Of a stretch of DNA of 64,000 nucleotides, positions 27,322 through 40,419 are shown piece by piece. Below the pieces are notes generated by a model. The model was given only the letters and a program-made list of their open reading frames with translations, was not told the DNA's origin and searched no databases. Origin of the DNA: Octopus sinensis (Eukaryota). How positions within the stretch are numbered: position 1 is the stretch's first letter; each line of letters begins with the position of its first letter. The translations under genes were made by a program, and so were the position numbers. The stretch spans positions 96,596,001 to 96,660,000 of the forward strand of contig NC_043003.1 of NCBI RefSeq assembly GCF_006345805.1. Direction: 5' to 3'.

Positions 27322-29040
27322 TAATGGAAATCCAGCGACTTTTATGGTTTACTTAAAATGCATAAATGCAAAAGGATAAATGATGCCTGTAAATCTTCAA
27401 CGAAGAAATATATACAGCTAGCACCTCCAGATGATTTAAAATTGAAACCAATTATAGCAGGCCCGGCATGTGAAACACACAGACTTTGCAACTTCTTGGA
27501 CATCTTCCTAAAACCCTACAACCCTTCGTAAAACATATACAGTGCTACATACGAGATGATCTAGACATTTGATGTTGTCAGCCTATGCACCAACATTCCC
27601 CATGATTATGGAATAACTGCAATCCAATACTGGTTAGACACTCACTAATATGAACTTCCAACATGCAAAGAAAAAGTATTTATCATTGATGGGCTCAGGT
27701 TCATATTCGAAAACCACTTTTTTTTACCTTCAACGGTTTGGATTATCGGCAAACATCAGGAACGGTTATGAGTACAAAAGTAGCCCCCACATACGCCAAC
27801 TCAGTCATGGGGTTCCATGAACAAAAAAAATCTACAACCAATCTTCTAATATTTGGTGACACGTTCTATACACAACTCAGAAACAACTGGAAAAGACACC
27901 TGGATGATTGTTTTATTTTATAGCAGGAAAATATTGACAAGTTAATTGAATTCAAAACATGATAAACCACCTCGACAATAACCCCAAAGACCTTGCCTTT
28001 CTGGATATCCTAATAAAAAACCAACATGGGAAAATAGAAACGGACATATTCTACAAACCCACCAACTCCAAACAGTACCTTCTTTTCACATTGTGTCACC
28101 CGAAACACACCAAACTCAATATTCCCTTCAAGCTGGCAAAACGAATTTGTACCATAGTATCAGAACCATCCATGACTAGAGGAACTGAAGGACATATTTA
28201 TCCAAAGAGCTTTTCCTCCTGGCATAGTCAGCAACGGAATAAACATGGCGAAACAAATGGATATCAATGAACTTAGGAATGCAAAAGACAAAAGAAGGAA
28301 AAATGTCTTACCATTCGTATCAACCTTCAATTCCAGGAACACTGAAATGTTTGATCACATCCATAAAAACCTCCCCATCTTATTTGTAGAAGAAAAAAAA
28401 TGAGAAAAATCCTAGAAAAACAACAAATCATCAAAAGCAAAAGGCAACCCAAAACACTAAAACTCATTCTCACTGGAGCAAAAACGCACAAAGAAACCCC
28501 CAAACCAACAGTCACAAAATGTGGGAAAGCAAACTGTGGCACTTGTTATTACCTAATTCAGGGGCCAGAATTTAAATTCAAAGATGGCCAAACCTTTAAA
28601 ATCAAGTTCAATCTCACCTGCAGCACGGAAAATCTGATCTACATAATCACATGCAATGGTTGCCAACATAATTACATAGGTCACACGGGCAGATCGTTAT
28701 GCGACAGAATGACGACCCATCGCCAACAGATCCGAGACAAAAGCACAAGGAAAATTCTTTTAAGAAGTGACATTGCATCCTGTGCAGGAATGGTCTTACC
28801 CAATTTTAAAATATTTCCCCTCTACAAGTGCTCAGATTCTTTTAAACATGAACATAAACAAAGATTAGATAAAGAAAATTTATCAATAGGTATAAACCAC
28901 AATGACATATAGACACAACCACAACCAAGAAATAAGAACAAACACTTAAAAAGAATTTTATACATATTATCATCATTTTGAAAAATACTTCCCATCGTTT
29001 CCTAAATCTTTTTTCCAATATTCATATATGCCAGCACACA

Positions 29041-29104
<64 letters not shown>

Positions 29105-29770
29105 TCACACGCACGTACATACATACACAAACACACAAATACACATACACTTACACACAAAAGAAAACATTGCAAAAACACTCACACACACGCACAAACA
29201 CATCCACACAAATATATACAGCTAGTTACCCCATACACATACACACAGGTGGTGACACTCAAAAGACTACAACTAACCCAAAGAAAAATCCCAATTCTTT
29301 CTTCAACTAGACATTCTTCACAACATACACACCCATTAACACACAGCTGGTCAGTTTCCAAACATATTGAAAGGACAGTCAAAACACACACACCAACCCG
29401 ACACACACACACAAGTGGACATAAAACCTATTCAATAAATACTTTTTAGCTACTACCTTGTCAGGAATACATAAAGACTTCTTTTAGACAATAGACACCC
29501 CTTCCATCACTCTTTAACACTTTCAACGCTATACCAAACTATATTTAAAAGAGACTTTAAACAAAAAACTCCCAGACATGTTCTTGACTCCCAGACAGAA
29601 GAGAAACTGTTTTTACTTCAAAGTTTTAAAATTTTTTACTGATATTGGATCCGACATTGAAACTGCTAATATTTTCTTTATATGATTTTTAAAATCATTT
29701 TTATTAAATTCTCTCTTAAATTGAAATGTATTGATTTGCTTCTGTGCTATTTCCACCTCTATCTTTTATA
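27322..29770 (+). mobile_element. Neptune-type Penelope-like element, copy 2
   Basis: YRQTSGTVMSTKVAPTYANSVMG, WKRHLDDCF, CSTENLIYIITCNGCQHNYIGHTGRSLCDRMTTHRQQI; near-identical to copy 1. Confidence 0.9.
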
Positions 29771-29962
29771 TATATGTGTGTGTGTGTGTATAGTGTGTGC
29801 ATGTGTATGTGCGTGATGTGTGTGTGTATGTGTGTGCATGTGTATGTGCGTGATGTGTGTGTATGTGTGTGCATGTGTATGTGCGTGGTGTGTGTGTATG
29901 TGTGTGTGTGTTGACTATAAAAGGAAGTAGTATTCAAAACAACACAATCAAAATTAATAGTA

Positions 29963-31397
29963 TGGGCGTAGGAGTGGCTGTGTGGTAAGTAACTTGCTTA
30001 CGAACCACATGGTTCCGGGTTCAGACCCACTGCGTGGCACCTTGGGCAAGTGTCTTCTACTACAGCCTCGGGCCGACCAAAGCCTTGTGAGTGGATTTTA
30101 TGGACGGAAACTGAAAGAAGCCCGTCGTATATATATATATATATATACTAGCAGTATCGCCCGGCGTTGCTCAGGTTTGTAAGGGAAATAACTATAAAGC
30201 ATTTTTAGAGAGTTATAGCCAAAAAATAGCAAAAAAATGGAAAAAAAATGATGGTAAATTTTTTTTTTGAGAGTAATAAAAGGTTGAGTTGCGTCCCCTA
30301 GACAGTCTGTGGTTTGTTTTTTTTTATTCTCGACCCCATGTCGAATTTATCGATTTTTTTCAGAACTGGGGGAACTTTTCAAAATTTTCGCTGCGTTAGT
30401 TTTGAATTATGACATTGGGCTATGTGTGTGTCAAGTTTCATCAGAATCGGTTGAAAGCCGTGGTCAGGGTGAGGGTACGAGAAAACAGACACACAGAAAC
30501 ACGCACAGACAAACTGCCGTTTATATAGAGAGAGATATATATGTGTGTGTGTATATATATATGTGTGTGTGTATATATATATATGTGTGTGTGTGTATAT
30601 ATATATGTGTGTGTGTGTATATATATATGTGTGTGTGTGTATATATATATGTGTGTGTGTGTATATATGTGTGTGTGTGTATATATATGTGTGTGTGTGT
30701 GTGTATATATATGTGTGTGTGTGTATATATATGTGTGTGTGTGTATATATATATGTGTGTGTGTGTATATATATATGTGTGTGTGTGTATATATATATGT
30801 GTGTGTGTATATATGTGTGTGTGTATATGTGTGTGTGTGTGTATATATATATGTGTGTGTGTGTATATATATATATGTGTGTGTGTATATATATATGTGT
30901 GTGTGTATATATATATATGTGTGTGTGTATATATATGTGTGTGTGTATATATATGTGTGTGTATATATATATGTGTGTGTGTGTATATATATATATGTGT
31001 GTGTTGTATATAATATATGTGTGTGTATATATATATATGTGTGTGTATATATATATATGTGTGTGTGTATATATATATATGTGTGTGTGTATATATATAT
31101 ATGTGTGTGTGTGTATATATATATGTGTGTGTGTATATATATATGTGTGTGTGTGTATATATATATATGTGTGTGTGTGTGTGTATATGTATGTGCGTGT
31201 ATATATGTTTGTGTGTCTGTATTTGTCTCCCCCAACATCGCTTGACAACCGATGCTGGTGTGTTTACGTCCCCGTAACTTAGCGGTTCGGCAAACGAGAC
31301 CGATAGAATAAGTACTAGGCTTACAAAGAATAAGTCCTGGGGTCAATTCGCTAATCTAAAGGCGGTGCTCCAACATGACTGAAACAATTAAAAGAGT
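29963..31397 (+). mobile_element. SINE family B split by a Helitron and an expanded internal microsatellite
   Basis: Head 29963-30128, tail 31205-31397; (TA/TG)n at 30536-31200 in between. Confidence 0.9.
30148..30535 (-). mobile_element. Non-autonomous Helitron (388 bp)
   Basis: Minus strand: 5' A|TCTCTCTATATAAA ... hairpin cccggcgttgctcagg-type ... CTAG|T 3'; inserted at AT with no TSD. Confidence 0.85.
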
Positions 31398-31595
31398 ATT
31401 TTTAGCTAGATTCTTTGCATTGAACAAGTAACAATGAAAAATTTGCTATAATTCCTACGAGATTGAAAATACAGTAATCCTGTTTTATTGGTCAAATAAT
31501 TTGCAATATGTGCTAAGATATATCGCTACTTACATAAAAAATATCCGGTGCATTGGTTATATATATAATTCGTATTTTTCATTCAATTTATATAA

Positions 31596-31624
31596 TTTAT
31601 TGTTACATTTAATTCGAATTTATT
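31596..31624 (-). promoter_or_regulatory. Candidate polyadenylation signals of the host gene
   Basis: Two minus-strand AATAAA hexamers (31596-31601, 31619-31624), 125-150 nt past the stop codon. The region is AT-rich, so chance matches are possible. Confidence 0.4.
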
Positions 31625-31748
31625 GATATAATTAATATTTCAATCATATATGTTTGAATTATTGTATCGAATGAAAACTAATTGAAATATTAGTTTTGCT
31701 TCATTCAAACGTTGAAACAACAATAACAGTCTTTGGTGATATTCTTTC

Positions 31749-31795
31749 TCATAATAAGTTGATGTATAGTGCCAAATAGTCGCCAGTTTCGTATT
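31749..31795 (-). CDS. Host gene terminal coding exon
   Basis: Strong acceptor cacattttcatcttatttttcag|AA; phase 1; (E)YETGDYLALYINLL-TGA. Total CDS 855 nt = 284 aa + stop. Confidence 0.8.
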
Positions 31796-33565
31796 CTGAA
31801 AAATAAGATGAAAATGTGAAACAAAACAAAATAGTAAATAAACTAAATATAAAATGCAAATAAACTAATACTATGTGATAAAGTAACCGTTAAGCGTAAA
31901 TAACAAATGAGTTCATATTAAAATATTAGTCACGGTTGTTATTTTATATAAATTCTTAGAAATATCTTAATGGTCTTATAGAAAAGATAAAGACCACCTC
32001 TGTTTGTTTTGTTTTATTTTGAAATTTAACTGCAATTAAGTAAGACAATTCAACACACATTACCAACTAGAGTGAAACAAAACTTATCAAAATATTAGTA
32101 ATCGACATTGTGACAGAGCGCTAAAATGCATTTCTCACATCATATATGTTTAGGAGTAGGGAGTAATCTAAAGACTCGATAACTCCGCCTGGTTATCAAA
32201 ATTGCATATATTTAAGAGCTCTTCATCTTCCGAAGGATTCCAACCAAGTGCACAGAGACAAAACAAAATACTGTTAGACATTAAGTTCAGAACGCTATCA
32301 CTGGTGACATTTCAAACAAAAATAGAAGAATATTAAAATTTGTTACAGAAGTCTATATGGATTATTTCCTAAATAAAAGAAACAAGGTCTCAGATTCATA
32401 TGATGAGAAATAAGATTACATAATGCCTTTTGTCTTTCTCAGTCGAAACCAGATATCAGAACTAGATTATGCGTGTAGCTCGCCAGAAGTTTACTTCTAT
32501 TATGTCCGGGACTCATATCATGTTTATGTCTTTCCTTCTGTAACACTAGATTTGAACATTCCTTTTGTCTCATCCGAATTTCAAATTACAATTCAATCAT
32601 TGTTTGGTTATGTGCGTAATCATCGAAATTTTGTTCAAACAACAGCTGTTGTTTACGTGATAGTGAGCAAATACAGTTAATAAAGGTGCTAATGTCGCAG
32701 AGTGTCAAGACATGCGAATCGGTATTACGTTCACCAGTCTCGCCAATTTTAGAATGTTTTGGGTCGAGGTTCGAGTTACACTCTTTCTATATAACTGTTC
32801 TAACGATGCATATTCTTTTCTACTCTAGGCACAAGGCCCGAAACTAACGATGCATATTCAGTCGAGGATATCGAAAAGGAAGACAAGACATGGCACCTGT
32901 ATATTTGCTTAATATGTCAAAACCAGCCTAAGTGTTAAACTTCAAACAGACATTTTCTTTGCAGGTCATATTCAATTCCCATCTTAGTATTTTCATTAAT
33001 TGTAATGCATGAACATCTTTACGCAGTGTTGGGAAATTACTACACGAATTTTTGTGTTAACTTGGTTTTATAGGGAACAATACGCAGCCTAAACAATATC
33101 CAATTACCCATCAAACCTCGTTATATTTCTAAAGTTAGTAGCAGGAGGGATGAGAAATGGATCGATACGGAATTAAATCTTGATCCAGCTCACAGAGAGC
33201 TTGTTTTTATCCTGCAATGTTTTGTAGTGGGAATAAATTTGAATGTCTAACACCAAAAATATCACCGACGTGTCTGTCACAAATTTTTTGTTAATATATC
33301 TCAGTTGAAATACACTGTCATTGTTTCAATTAATTTTGAAATAAGGAAAACTTAAGTAAAACAACTTTCTATTAAGCTAGTGTCTGGAACATAAATTAAG
33401 ATGACATTTTTTATGGAAGGTTTTATTTTAGCTCACTTTAAAATAAAAGGTTTGCATTGTAGTGAGAACCCAGTTGAGATTTGAACTATGGTTCTCAGAT
33501 TTTCTCAGTCTAGAATCACGATCTAAAATATTTCTATAAAAGGAAAAGAGTTACTTTAAAACATA

Positions 33566-33776
33566 TGAGGGAGTGCTGAAAAGTTCCTGGCTTTAAGGTT
33601 ACTGCAAAAGGCTTGGTGGAGGCCCGACCTTCCGAGTTCATTTACAAGGCTTAGAAAAACTGAAGGACTGCTACAATAAATGTGTGAACCTGTGAGGGGA
33701 GTATGTTGAATGAAATCATAATTAATTGATCCTCCTGTATTTTCTTTTGTCAAAAGCCAGGAACTTTTCATCTCCT
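33566..33776. mobile_element. Mariner-derived MITE
   Basis: TIRs gagggagtgctgaaaagttcctggcttt ... aaagccaggaacttttca. Confidence 0.8.
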
Positions 33777-34473
33777 TTATTGCCCATGCGAACATGGATC
33801 GACTTCTCAACACTTACTGACTTATTTGTGACTAAAGCTGCAACATTTTAGGAAGTACACTCGCCGAATACATTCAAGAAGCGTAAGGGTCGACAATTTT
33901 ATAAAAATGAGAAAATTCAACTTAGAGCAAACTTGGATGGTCTCTCGCATATTCTCCTGACGAATTCAGTCGTGTTTCAGGTGCAATGAAAATACCCAAA
34001 CGCAGCCGTTTAATTCCATTATTTGACATAAGTGCACTGATCCTTCACAGGTGGTAAAACTGGACATGGCCCGTATGTATATATATATATGTGTGTGTGT
34101 GTATAATTCAATGTTAGCACAAGGCATGAGGATGCGGAAAAAGCATCAACCTGTTTAGAAATAGGAGCTAAATTCCTAATTCAGCCGTCGGAAGGCACAA
34201 CATAACAAAAACAACAGCAGGCGAAGAAACGGATAATTTGAGAAAAATTGAAAAATTAAAAAAAAACATGACTCTGATCTGGAAAACTGCAGGCAACTTT
34301 CCATATTTCTCCGAAAAATGGTCTTTCTCTTCAACGCAAACTTGTATAAAAACCTTTATCGTAGCAAAGTTTTCCGACGCAAAGTATTCGTTCCGTTGAA
34401 GTTACTATAATCAAATTTGTTCTATGCATGGTTATTTAGTATAAATGTAAGCTACTTTAATATTAGGACTTAC

Positions 34474-34631
34474 CTGTATTCCAGTTAGTAGAAGATGTTG
34501 TTTTTGAATACAAAATCTTTGGAAAAACAAGTGCCGAGTCATAAGAACACAAATGACTTTGTGATACGAATAACCAGCCGGTATCACTAGTGCATGAATA
34601 GTGGACATTCGCAAAATAAAATTTTCTCGGT
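34474..34631 (-). CDS. Host gene coding exon 4
   Basis: Acceptor tttatattttaacag|A, donor ACAG|gtaagt; 158 nt, phase 2 to 1; (Q)PRKFYFANVHYSCTSDTGWLFVSQSHLCSYDSALVFPKILYSKTTSSTNWNT. Confidence 0.88.
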
Positions 34632-34704
34632 CTGTTAAAATATAAAGGGGGTTGGAAAAACTTATTACAATAATCAACATGAATTGTGTAATTATATTCT
34701 ATCT

Positions 34705-34882
34705 TTTACTTGTTTCAATCATTTAACTGCGGCCATGTTGGGGCACCGCCTTAGTCGAACAAATCGACCCCAGGACTTTTTTGAAGCTTGATACTTATTC
34801 TATCGGTTACCTTTGCCGAACAACTAAGTTACTGGGACGTAAACACACCAACACAAGTTGCCAAGCGGTGGTAGGGAACAAA

Positions 34883-34928
<46 letters not shown>

Positions 34929-35090
34929 ACACACACACACACAGATATACGACGAGCTTCTTGTAGTTTATCCTCTATAAAAAATACTCATCAGGCTTTA
35001 GACGGTTCTAGGACTATAGTTGAAGACATCTGCCCAATGTGCCACGGAGTGGGATTGAACCAGGAGCCATATGGTTGGGAAGTAACTGAA
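34705..35090 (-). mobile_element. SINE family B in intron 3
   Basis: Reverse complement of family B head, (CA)n and tail. Confidence 0.8.
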
Positions 35091-35770
35091 AACCAACAGC
35101 AGACCACACACAATTAATAGGAGAATCGTGGACAAATCTATTCCATATATAAATGGATAAAAAAGATGCATGTTATGCATTGCTGAAAGAGAGCACATTC
35201 TTTTTATACCCAACAATTCCGTCATACTGCTTAATTCCAGATCCGAAATTTTTGAAAATGCAAGCATATGGACAAGTTTCTTTCGCCGAACTGGAGGACA
35301 CCACTCTCTGGATTGAGTAGTTATCTCACAGATTTTGGTCTCCTTTCTGCTATATCATCCAACACAAGTTAGATTAAATACAATTTATACAGCTGAAGAG
35401 AACGAAGGTCTTGGTTTTCTTTCCTTTCTTCTCGTTCTACATTTTGCATCAATCTTCTTCGCATTTTTTTTCCTGTTCTTTTTTCTCATGTTTTCTCATA
35501 GACCAGCATCTTGGTATTCAAATAAATATAACAGTATGAACTGGGTTTGAAATATTGTTTAGAGACACATGGCATGTTATATAAGTCTGCCAAATTTTTG
35601 CATTTCTACAGCATGAAACTATTAGTATCTCTTTTTTAAACGGTGTATATTAAATGATATTCATCTCTTACTGGATGGAGTACTTTTTTTGTTGATAACA
35701 GTACAGTAAGCCACACACACACACGCACACGCACACGCACACACACACACATTTCATGTTTAATACTTAC

Positions 35771-35937
35771 TGCCAAACATTTAAACCAAACATAAGAGAA
35801 GTAGTTGCTGGAGTTAAATCATTCCAAGGTGACGAAACAACTCTGTTGATAGAAAACACGGATCCAAGGGTTGAGTTTTTTCCATTAAATATCATCGTGA
35901 CTACAGCTTTGTTATTTTTATAAATCACCAATTTCAC
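35771..35937 (-). CDS. Host gene coding exon 3
   Basis: Acceptor tttctaatttacag|GTG, donor CA|gtaagt; 167 nt, phase 0 to 2; VKLVIYKNNKAVVTMIFNGKNSTLGSVFSINRVVSSPWNDLTPATTSLMFGLNVW. Confidence 0.88.
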
Positions 35938-36228
35938 CTGTAAATTAGAAATTGGTGTGTCACTTTTCCATATTAAATGTTTGTTTAGTGATATCTAAAA
36001 TAGTAACAATACACAGCCACAATTTAAAATAGTTTTCATCCTGAAATTAGATTTTAGTGATAAAATAATGATAACATAGAGCAAGTACCATATAAACAAA
36101 GAATTATTTACTTTTCTTTTACTTATCTTAATACGTAATATATTTTAGTTGGTAAATTTAATTAACAATCTATGATTTATCAATTAACTTAGACATTAAC
36201 ATATCCATTTACATGCAAGCAGGTACCC

Positions 36229-36263
<35 letters not shown>

Positions 36264-36264
<1 letters not shown>

Positions 36265-36880
36265 TAGCAGAGGAACCCTGGCGTTGCCCGGAAATGAAAC
36301 CGTTTCTTATATATTGGAAGAAAAAAGCAAAATATGTTGTATAGAAATTTGTTATTCTAAATTCAATTTATTCTTCGATTGGGAAATCAATTCATAATAC
36401 AAAACAATAATAATAATAATAATAAACGAAAATACAAAATTTATCACTTTTATGAAGAGAGGTAAATTCTATCACATATGTTGAAGGAAATTACGTAAGA
36501 GCTTCTGGGTAAACAACCTTCTTTGTTTTCTGGTTTGGAGCATAGACAAATGTCTTTGCAAACTACCAACCCTGGAACAATCAACATAAAGTTGACCATG
36601 AGAAAAGAAAGGCCCAGTTAAGTGCAAGCCAGTAGATTTGAAAGTCTGACCTTGAGCTTTATTAATAGACATTGCGAAGCAAAGTTTCACTGGGAATTCT
36701 ATTCGTTTGGATTCATATTTTAAGGCGTGGTCTCTTAAACTTTTCTTGACCGGCACAGGGCCAAAGGTCTCCTCCGAATGCATAAACCTCCCCAGAAACT
36801 AGCATAACAAAAGATTTACCCGTCTGCTTGACGCCAAATCACAAAAGCAGGTCGCAGCACTCTATTTTCTGAACTGAGCT
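36264..36880 (-). mobile_element. Helitron 3' end with Pif1-like helicase C-terminal remnant
   Basis: KRIEFPVKLCFAMSINKAQGQTF..GL.L..PFFSHGQLYVDCSRV; terminal ccgggcaacgccaggg hairpin + CTAG|T. Confidence 0.9.
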
Positions 36881-37261
36881 GACCCCCATATCAATACGTA
36901 TACCTACGCGTACGCATAGATATGAACATATAACAATATATAAAGCAACCTTATTTATTTTTAATAAAAATATAAACTTGTATCAGATATATACGTGTGT
37001 AAAATAATTGTTGTATCAAAAATATAAACATATATAAATATATGTAAGTATGTATAAGTATAAATATATAATAATAAATATGACAGTTTAAATAAATAAT
37101 GACATTAGCTACATATATACGTAAACTTAAGAAAAACATATTTTTATATATATTTATAATATAACAACTATTTTACACACGTATATATATATATGATACA
37201 ATGTTTATTAATTATCAATTTTATCTCCATTTTCTTATATATATATATATATATATATATA

Positions 37262-37342
37262 AAACGCCCGGTCTGGGAATCGAATCCGCGATCCTCCGAC
37301 CGCGAGTCCGCTGCCCTAACCACTGTGCCATTGCGCCTCCAC
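37262..37342 (-). mobile_element. Truncated tRNA-SINE family C head
   Basis: tggaggcgcaatggcacagtggttagggcagcggactcgcggtcggaggatcgcggattcgattcccagaccgggcg. Confidence 0.85.
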
Positions 37343-37394
37343 ACACACACACACACACACACACACACCACCACACACACACACACACACACAC

Positions 37395-37460
<66 letters not shown>

Positions 37461-37489
37461 ATATGCATCACGTTGTGTTACCGCTACTG

Positions 37490-37536
<47 letters not shown>

Positions 37537-37608
37537 GCATATATATATATATACAAATAAATGAAAGAATGGAGTTGAACGACGAATTAACAAAATTCCT
37601 TTATTTTA

Positions 37609-37691
37609 TTTTCGACATATGTTTCGAAGGCTGCATATTCCTAATTTCGAAGGAATAAGGGGTGCATTATGCCGCCTTCTCATCAGGAAAA
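37609..37691 (-). ncRNA. Canonical type I hammerhead ribozyme, sense to host intron 2
   Basis: TTTTC/GAAAA stem I; CTGATGA; GAAGGC/GCCTTC stem II; GAAA; ACATATGT stem III; GTC triplet. Flanks are homologous to the 18-kb palindrome arms. Confidence 0.82.
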
Positions 37692-37799
37692 GTAAGGAAC
37701 TTATGTCAGCATCAAGATGCACAAAAACGTTTAGATGACTGCCAACACGGAGCCCATAGCGATAATGAGTGTTTCTTTAATATATATATATATATAACG

Positions 37800-38868
37800 G
37801 GAAGCTTTATGAAAATAGACAAAAGACGAAGGCAGGTTTACAGAAATAAACAAAAGACGAAGGCAGGTGGAATACAAACAAACAATTGTATTAGTATGGC
37901 GCTCAGGAAATATAAATAAAACAAGTCTTTAACGTTTCGAGCCTACGCTCTTCAACAGAAAGATACACAGAGAAGAAACACAGAAAGAAGGAGAGAAAAA
38001 AATGCGTGCAGAGGCTAGCGAATCAACATGGCGATCTGATTTCGGCCAGAAGTCAAAGATCAAACGTGAGGCGCAAGAGCGAAATTAGGGGAGATAATAG
38101 GGTTAAATGACCTCGCTCCAACATAAGAGTGTGTGTGTGTGTATGAGAGAGTATTAGTGCGTATGAGAGGTCTGGACGTGTGTATATATGATGTGATGTG
38201 TAAAGTCGTATGGTGTAGTGTAGAGAGGGAAGAGGGGGGGGAGGGGGAGGGGGGAGAAAGAAAGGGGAGAAGAGGGGAGAAGGAAAGGGGAGAAAGGGGA
38301 GAAAGAAAGGGGAGAAGAGGGGAGAAGGAAAGGGGAGAAGAGGAGGGAGAAGCGGGAGAAGGAAGGAGAGGAGAAGAGGAGGGGAGAGAAGGGGAGAAGG
38401 AAGGAGAGGAGAAGAGGAGGGGAGAGGAGGAGGGAGAATAGAGGGAGAGGGGGAGAGAGAGAAGGGGAGTGAGGGAGCAGAGAGAAAGAGGGAAGAGGAA
38501 GAGGGAAGAAGGATGGAGGGAGAAAGAGGGAAGAAGGGAAGAGGAGTAGGGGTGAAAGGATGAAGGACTGAAGAGAAGTAGGGGTCGGGGGAGGTTAGAT
38601 GAGGAGGGGGGAGAGTTGAGACCAAATGGCGTATAAGAGCGAAGAGAGAAGATTAATTCCTGTTCACGGCGCAAACGGGAATCCGGATGGCCTCTGTGTA
38701 AGGACAAACCGAACACAGACAGGTGTTGCAAGGAGTGACCGGTGGAGCGGAAATGGCGTGAGACCGGTGTGTCGTTCGCAAGGCGGATGTCACGGAGGTG
38801 TTCCGCGAACCGGTCAGCCAAGCGGCGTCCCGTTTGTCCGATGTACAGGGAATGGCAAAGAGAGCAAG

Positions 38869-38875
<7 letters not shown>
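37800..38875 (-). mobile_element. 5'-truncated Neptune-type PLE (GIY-YIG, purine/pyrimidine tract, pLTR with HHR variant at 37926-37963)
   Basis: CSLCHSLYIGQTGRRLADRFAEHLRDI...RLRREQELIFSLRSYTPFGLN; then tcttt CTGTTGA A GAGC gtag GCTC GAAA CGTT aaaga. Confidence 0.88.
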
Positions 38876-38918
<43 letters not shown>

Positions 38919-38922
<4 letters not shown>

Positions 38923-39220
38923 AGGCGCAATGGCCCAGTGGTTAGGGCAGCGGACTCGCGGTCGGAAGATCGCAGTTTCGATTCCCAGACCGGGCGTTGT
39001 GAGCGAAAAGACCTAAAGCTCCACGAGGCTCCGGCAGGGGTGGTGGCGAACCCTGCTGTACTCTTTCGCCACAACTTTCTCTCACTCTTTCTCCTGTAGG
39101 CCTGCTCGCTTAGCCAGTGAGATGGCGTCATTTGAAGGCTAAAACAATGCGAAGCGCATTGTGACCAGCGATGTGTAGCAACATCTGATAGCCTGGTCGG
39201 TCATGGTGATCACGGTGATA
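38919..39220 (+). mobile_element. tRNA-SINE family C, full length
   Basis: A box TGGCCCAGTGG, B box TTCGATTCC, tail ...cggtcatggtgatcacggtga(TA)n. Confidence 0.85.
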
Positions 39221-40036
39221 TATATATATATATATATACTTACACACACACACATATATATACATACATATATATATATATATATACACACACACATGTA
39301 TATACCAGATACAAATATACATGCGTGTGTATGTGTGAGTGTGTAATTTTTGAAATATACACCATCTGAAATGTACTCCATATGAAAGTAGATTATAAAT
39401 ACTATATTTTAAATTATCAGGTGAGTGGTTTGAAGCAAATTGATTATGGGAAGCTACACAAGATATTTTCTTAATTCTTGCATTCATGTGCTCGATGTAG
39501 TTTATACGAGTGGAACCCTGCCCTTGTGTGGGACAGGCAGGCTTAGGGCTGTATATTTGGAATGTCAGCTGCCAGTGGTTTGAAGTTCATTAATTGAGCG
39601 TACCACCGGTGGCAACGATAAGCCAGTTCATTTTTCTTGTTGTTGGCAAATGTTAGTTCCAGGTGAATTACTTAACAAAATCCCACTCCTGTGAAAACTA
39701 AACAATCTACCTGTACAACTTTCCTACCTACACTTCTTTATTCAATTTCACACTCCTTCCCTTACCATGACACCCACCTCCAATACCAGCCCAATTCCTT
39801 TGTTCCACTAACAACTACTTTTGACTATCTCCTCACCCACTTAGCTACCAAACCAGTCAACTCATTTCCCCCAATAGCTCTTTTCGCTATCTCAACCTTT
39901 AACTCTATAGCCCTCAAACCTCCAGAAACAGCATTTGGACTCGGAAAACTCTACCCATATAACTATTGATATCATTTATATTCTCTAAGTTGGACTCTTT
40001 TATATCCATATTATTATCTATTGTTATTATTACTAA

Positions 40037-40175
40037 GGCGGCGAGCTGGCAGAAGCGTTAGCACGCAAGGTGAAATGCTTAGTAGTATTTCGTCTGTTTT
40101 ACGTTCTGAGTTCAATTCCGCCGAGTTCGGCTTTGCCTTTCATCCTTTAGGGGTCGATAAATTAAGTACCAGTTG
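40037..40175 (+). mobile_element. SINE family A
   Basis: ggcggcgagctggcagaagcgttagcac...ggggtcgataaattaagtaccagtt. Confidence 0.85.
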
Positions 40176-40419
40176 GGGGCAGTGTCTTTCAGCGTATAAT
40201 CGATTACATTAATTCCCTTATTTTTATCATCGATTTGGAAGAAAGAGGGTGAAAACATCCGGTTTGTTCAGCGTCACCATCTATCAGGAATCCCGGACAT
40301 CAATGTTTCGAGTTTCTTTACTCCTGTCAGTAAGATTTACGTAAGAGAGGCAACTCTGAACAAACATATAAAGCAATAATTTTATATATATATATATGTG
40401 TATAAAATTATATGCAAAA

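Noticed and set aside
24870-29770. Two Neptune copies as a genuine tandem PLE insertion
   Set aside because: Boundaries coincide exactly with the scaffold gap and lesions are shared; more likely an unmerged overlap.
32423-32680. LSRNQISELD...CSSP as an LRR exon
   Set aside because: Single short motif with no neighbouring LRRs or coherent exon chain.
39400-39426. ttatcag|gtgagt as a recursive splice site
   Set aside because: It is antisense to the only supported gene, and there is no evidence for a plus-strand transcript.
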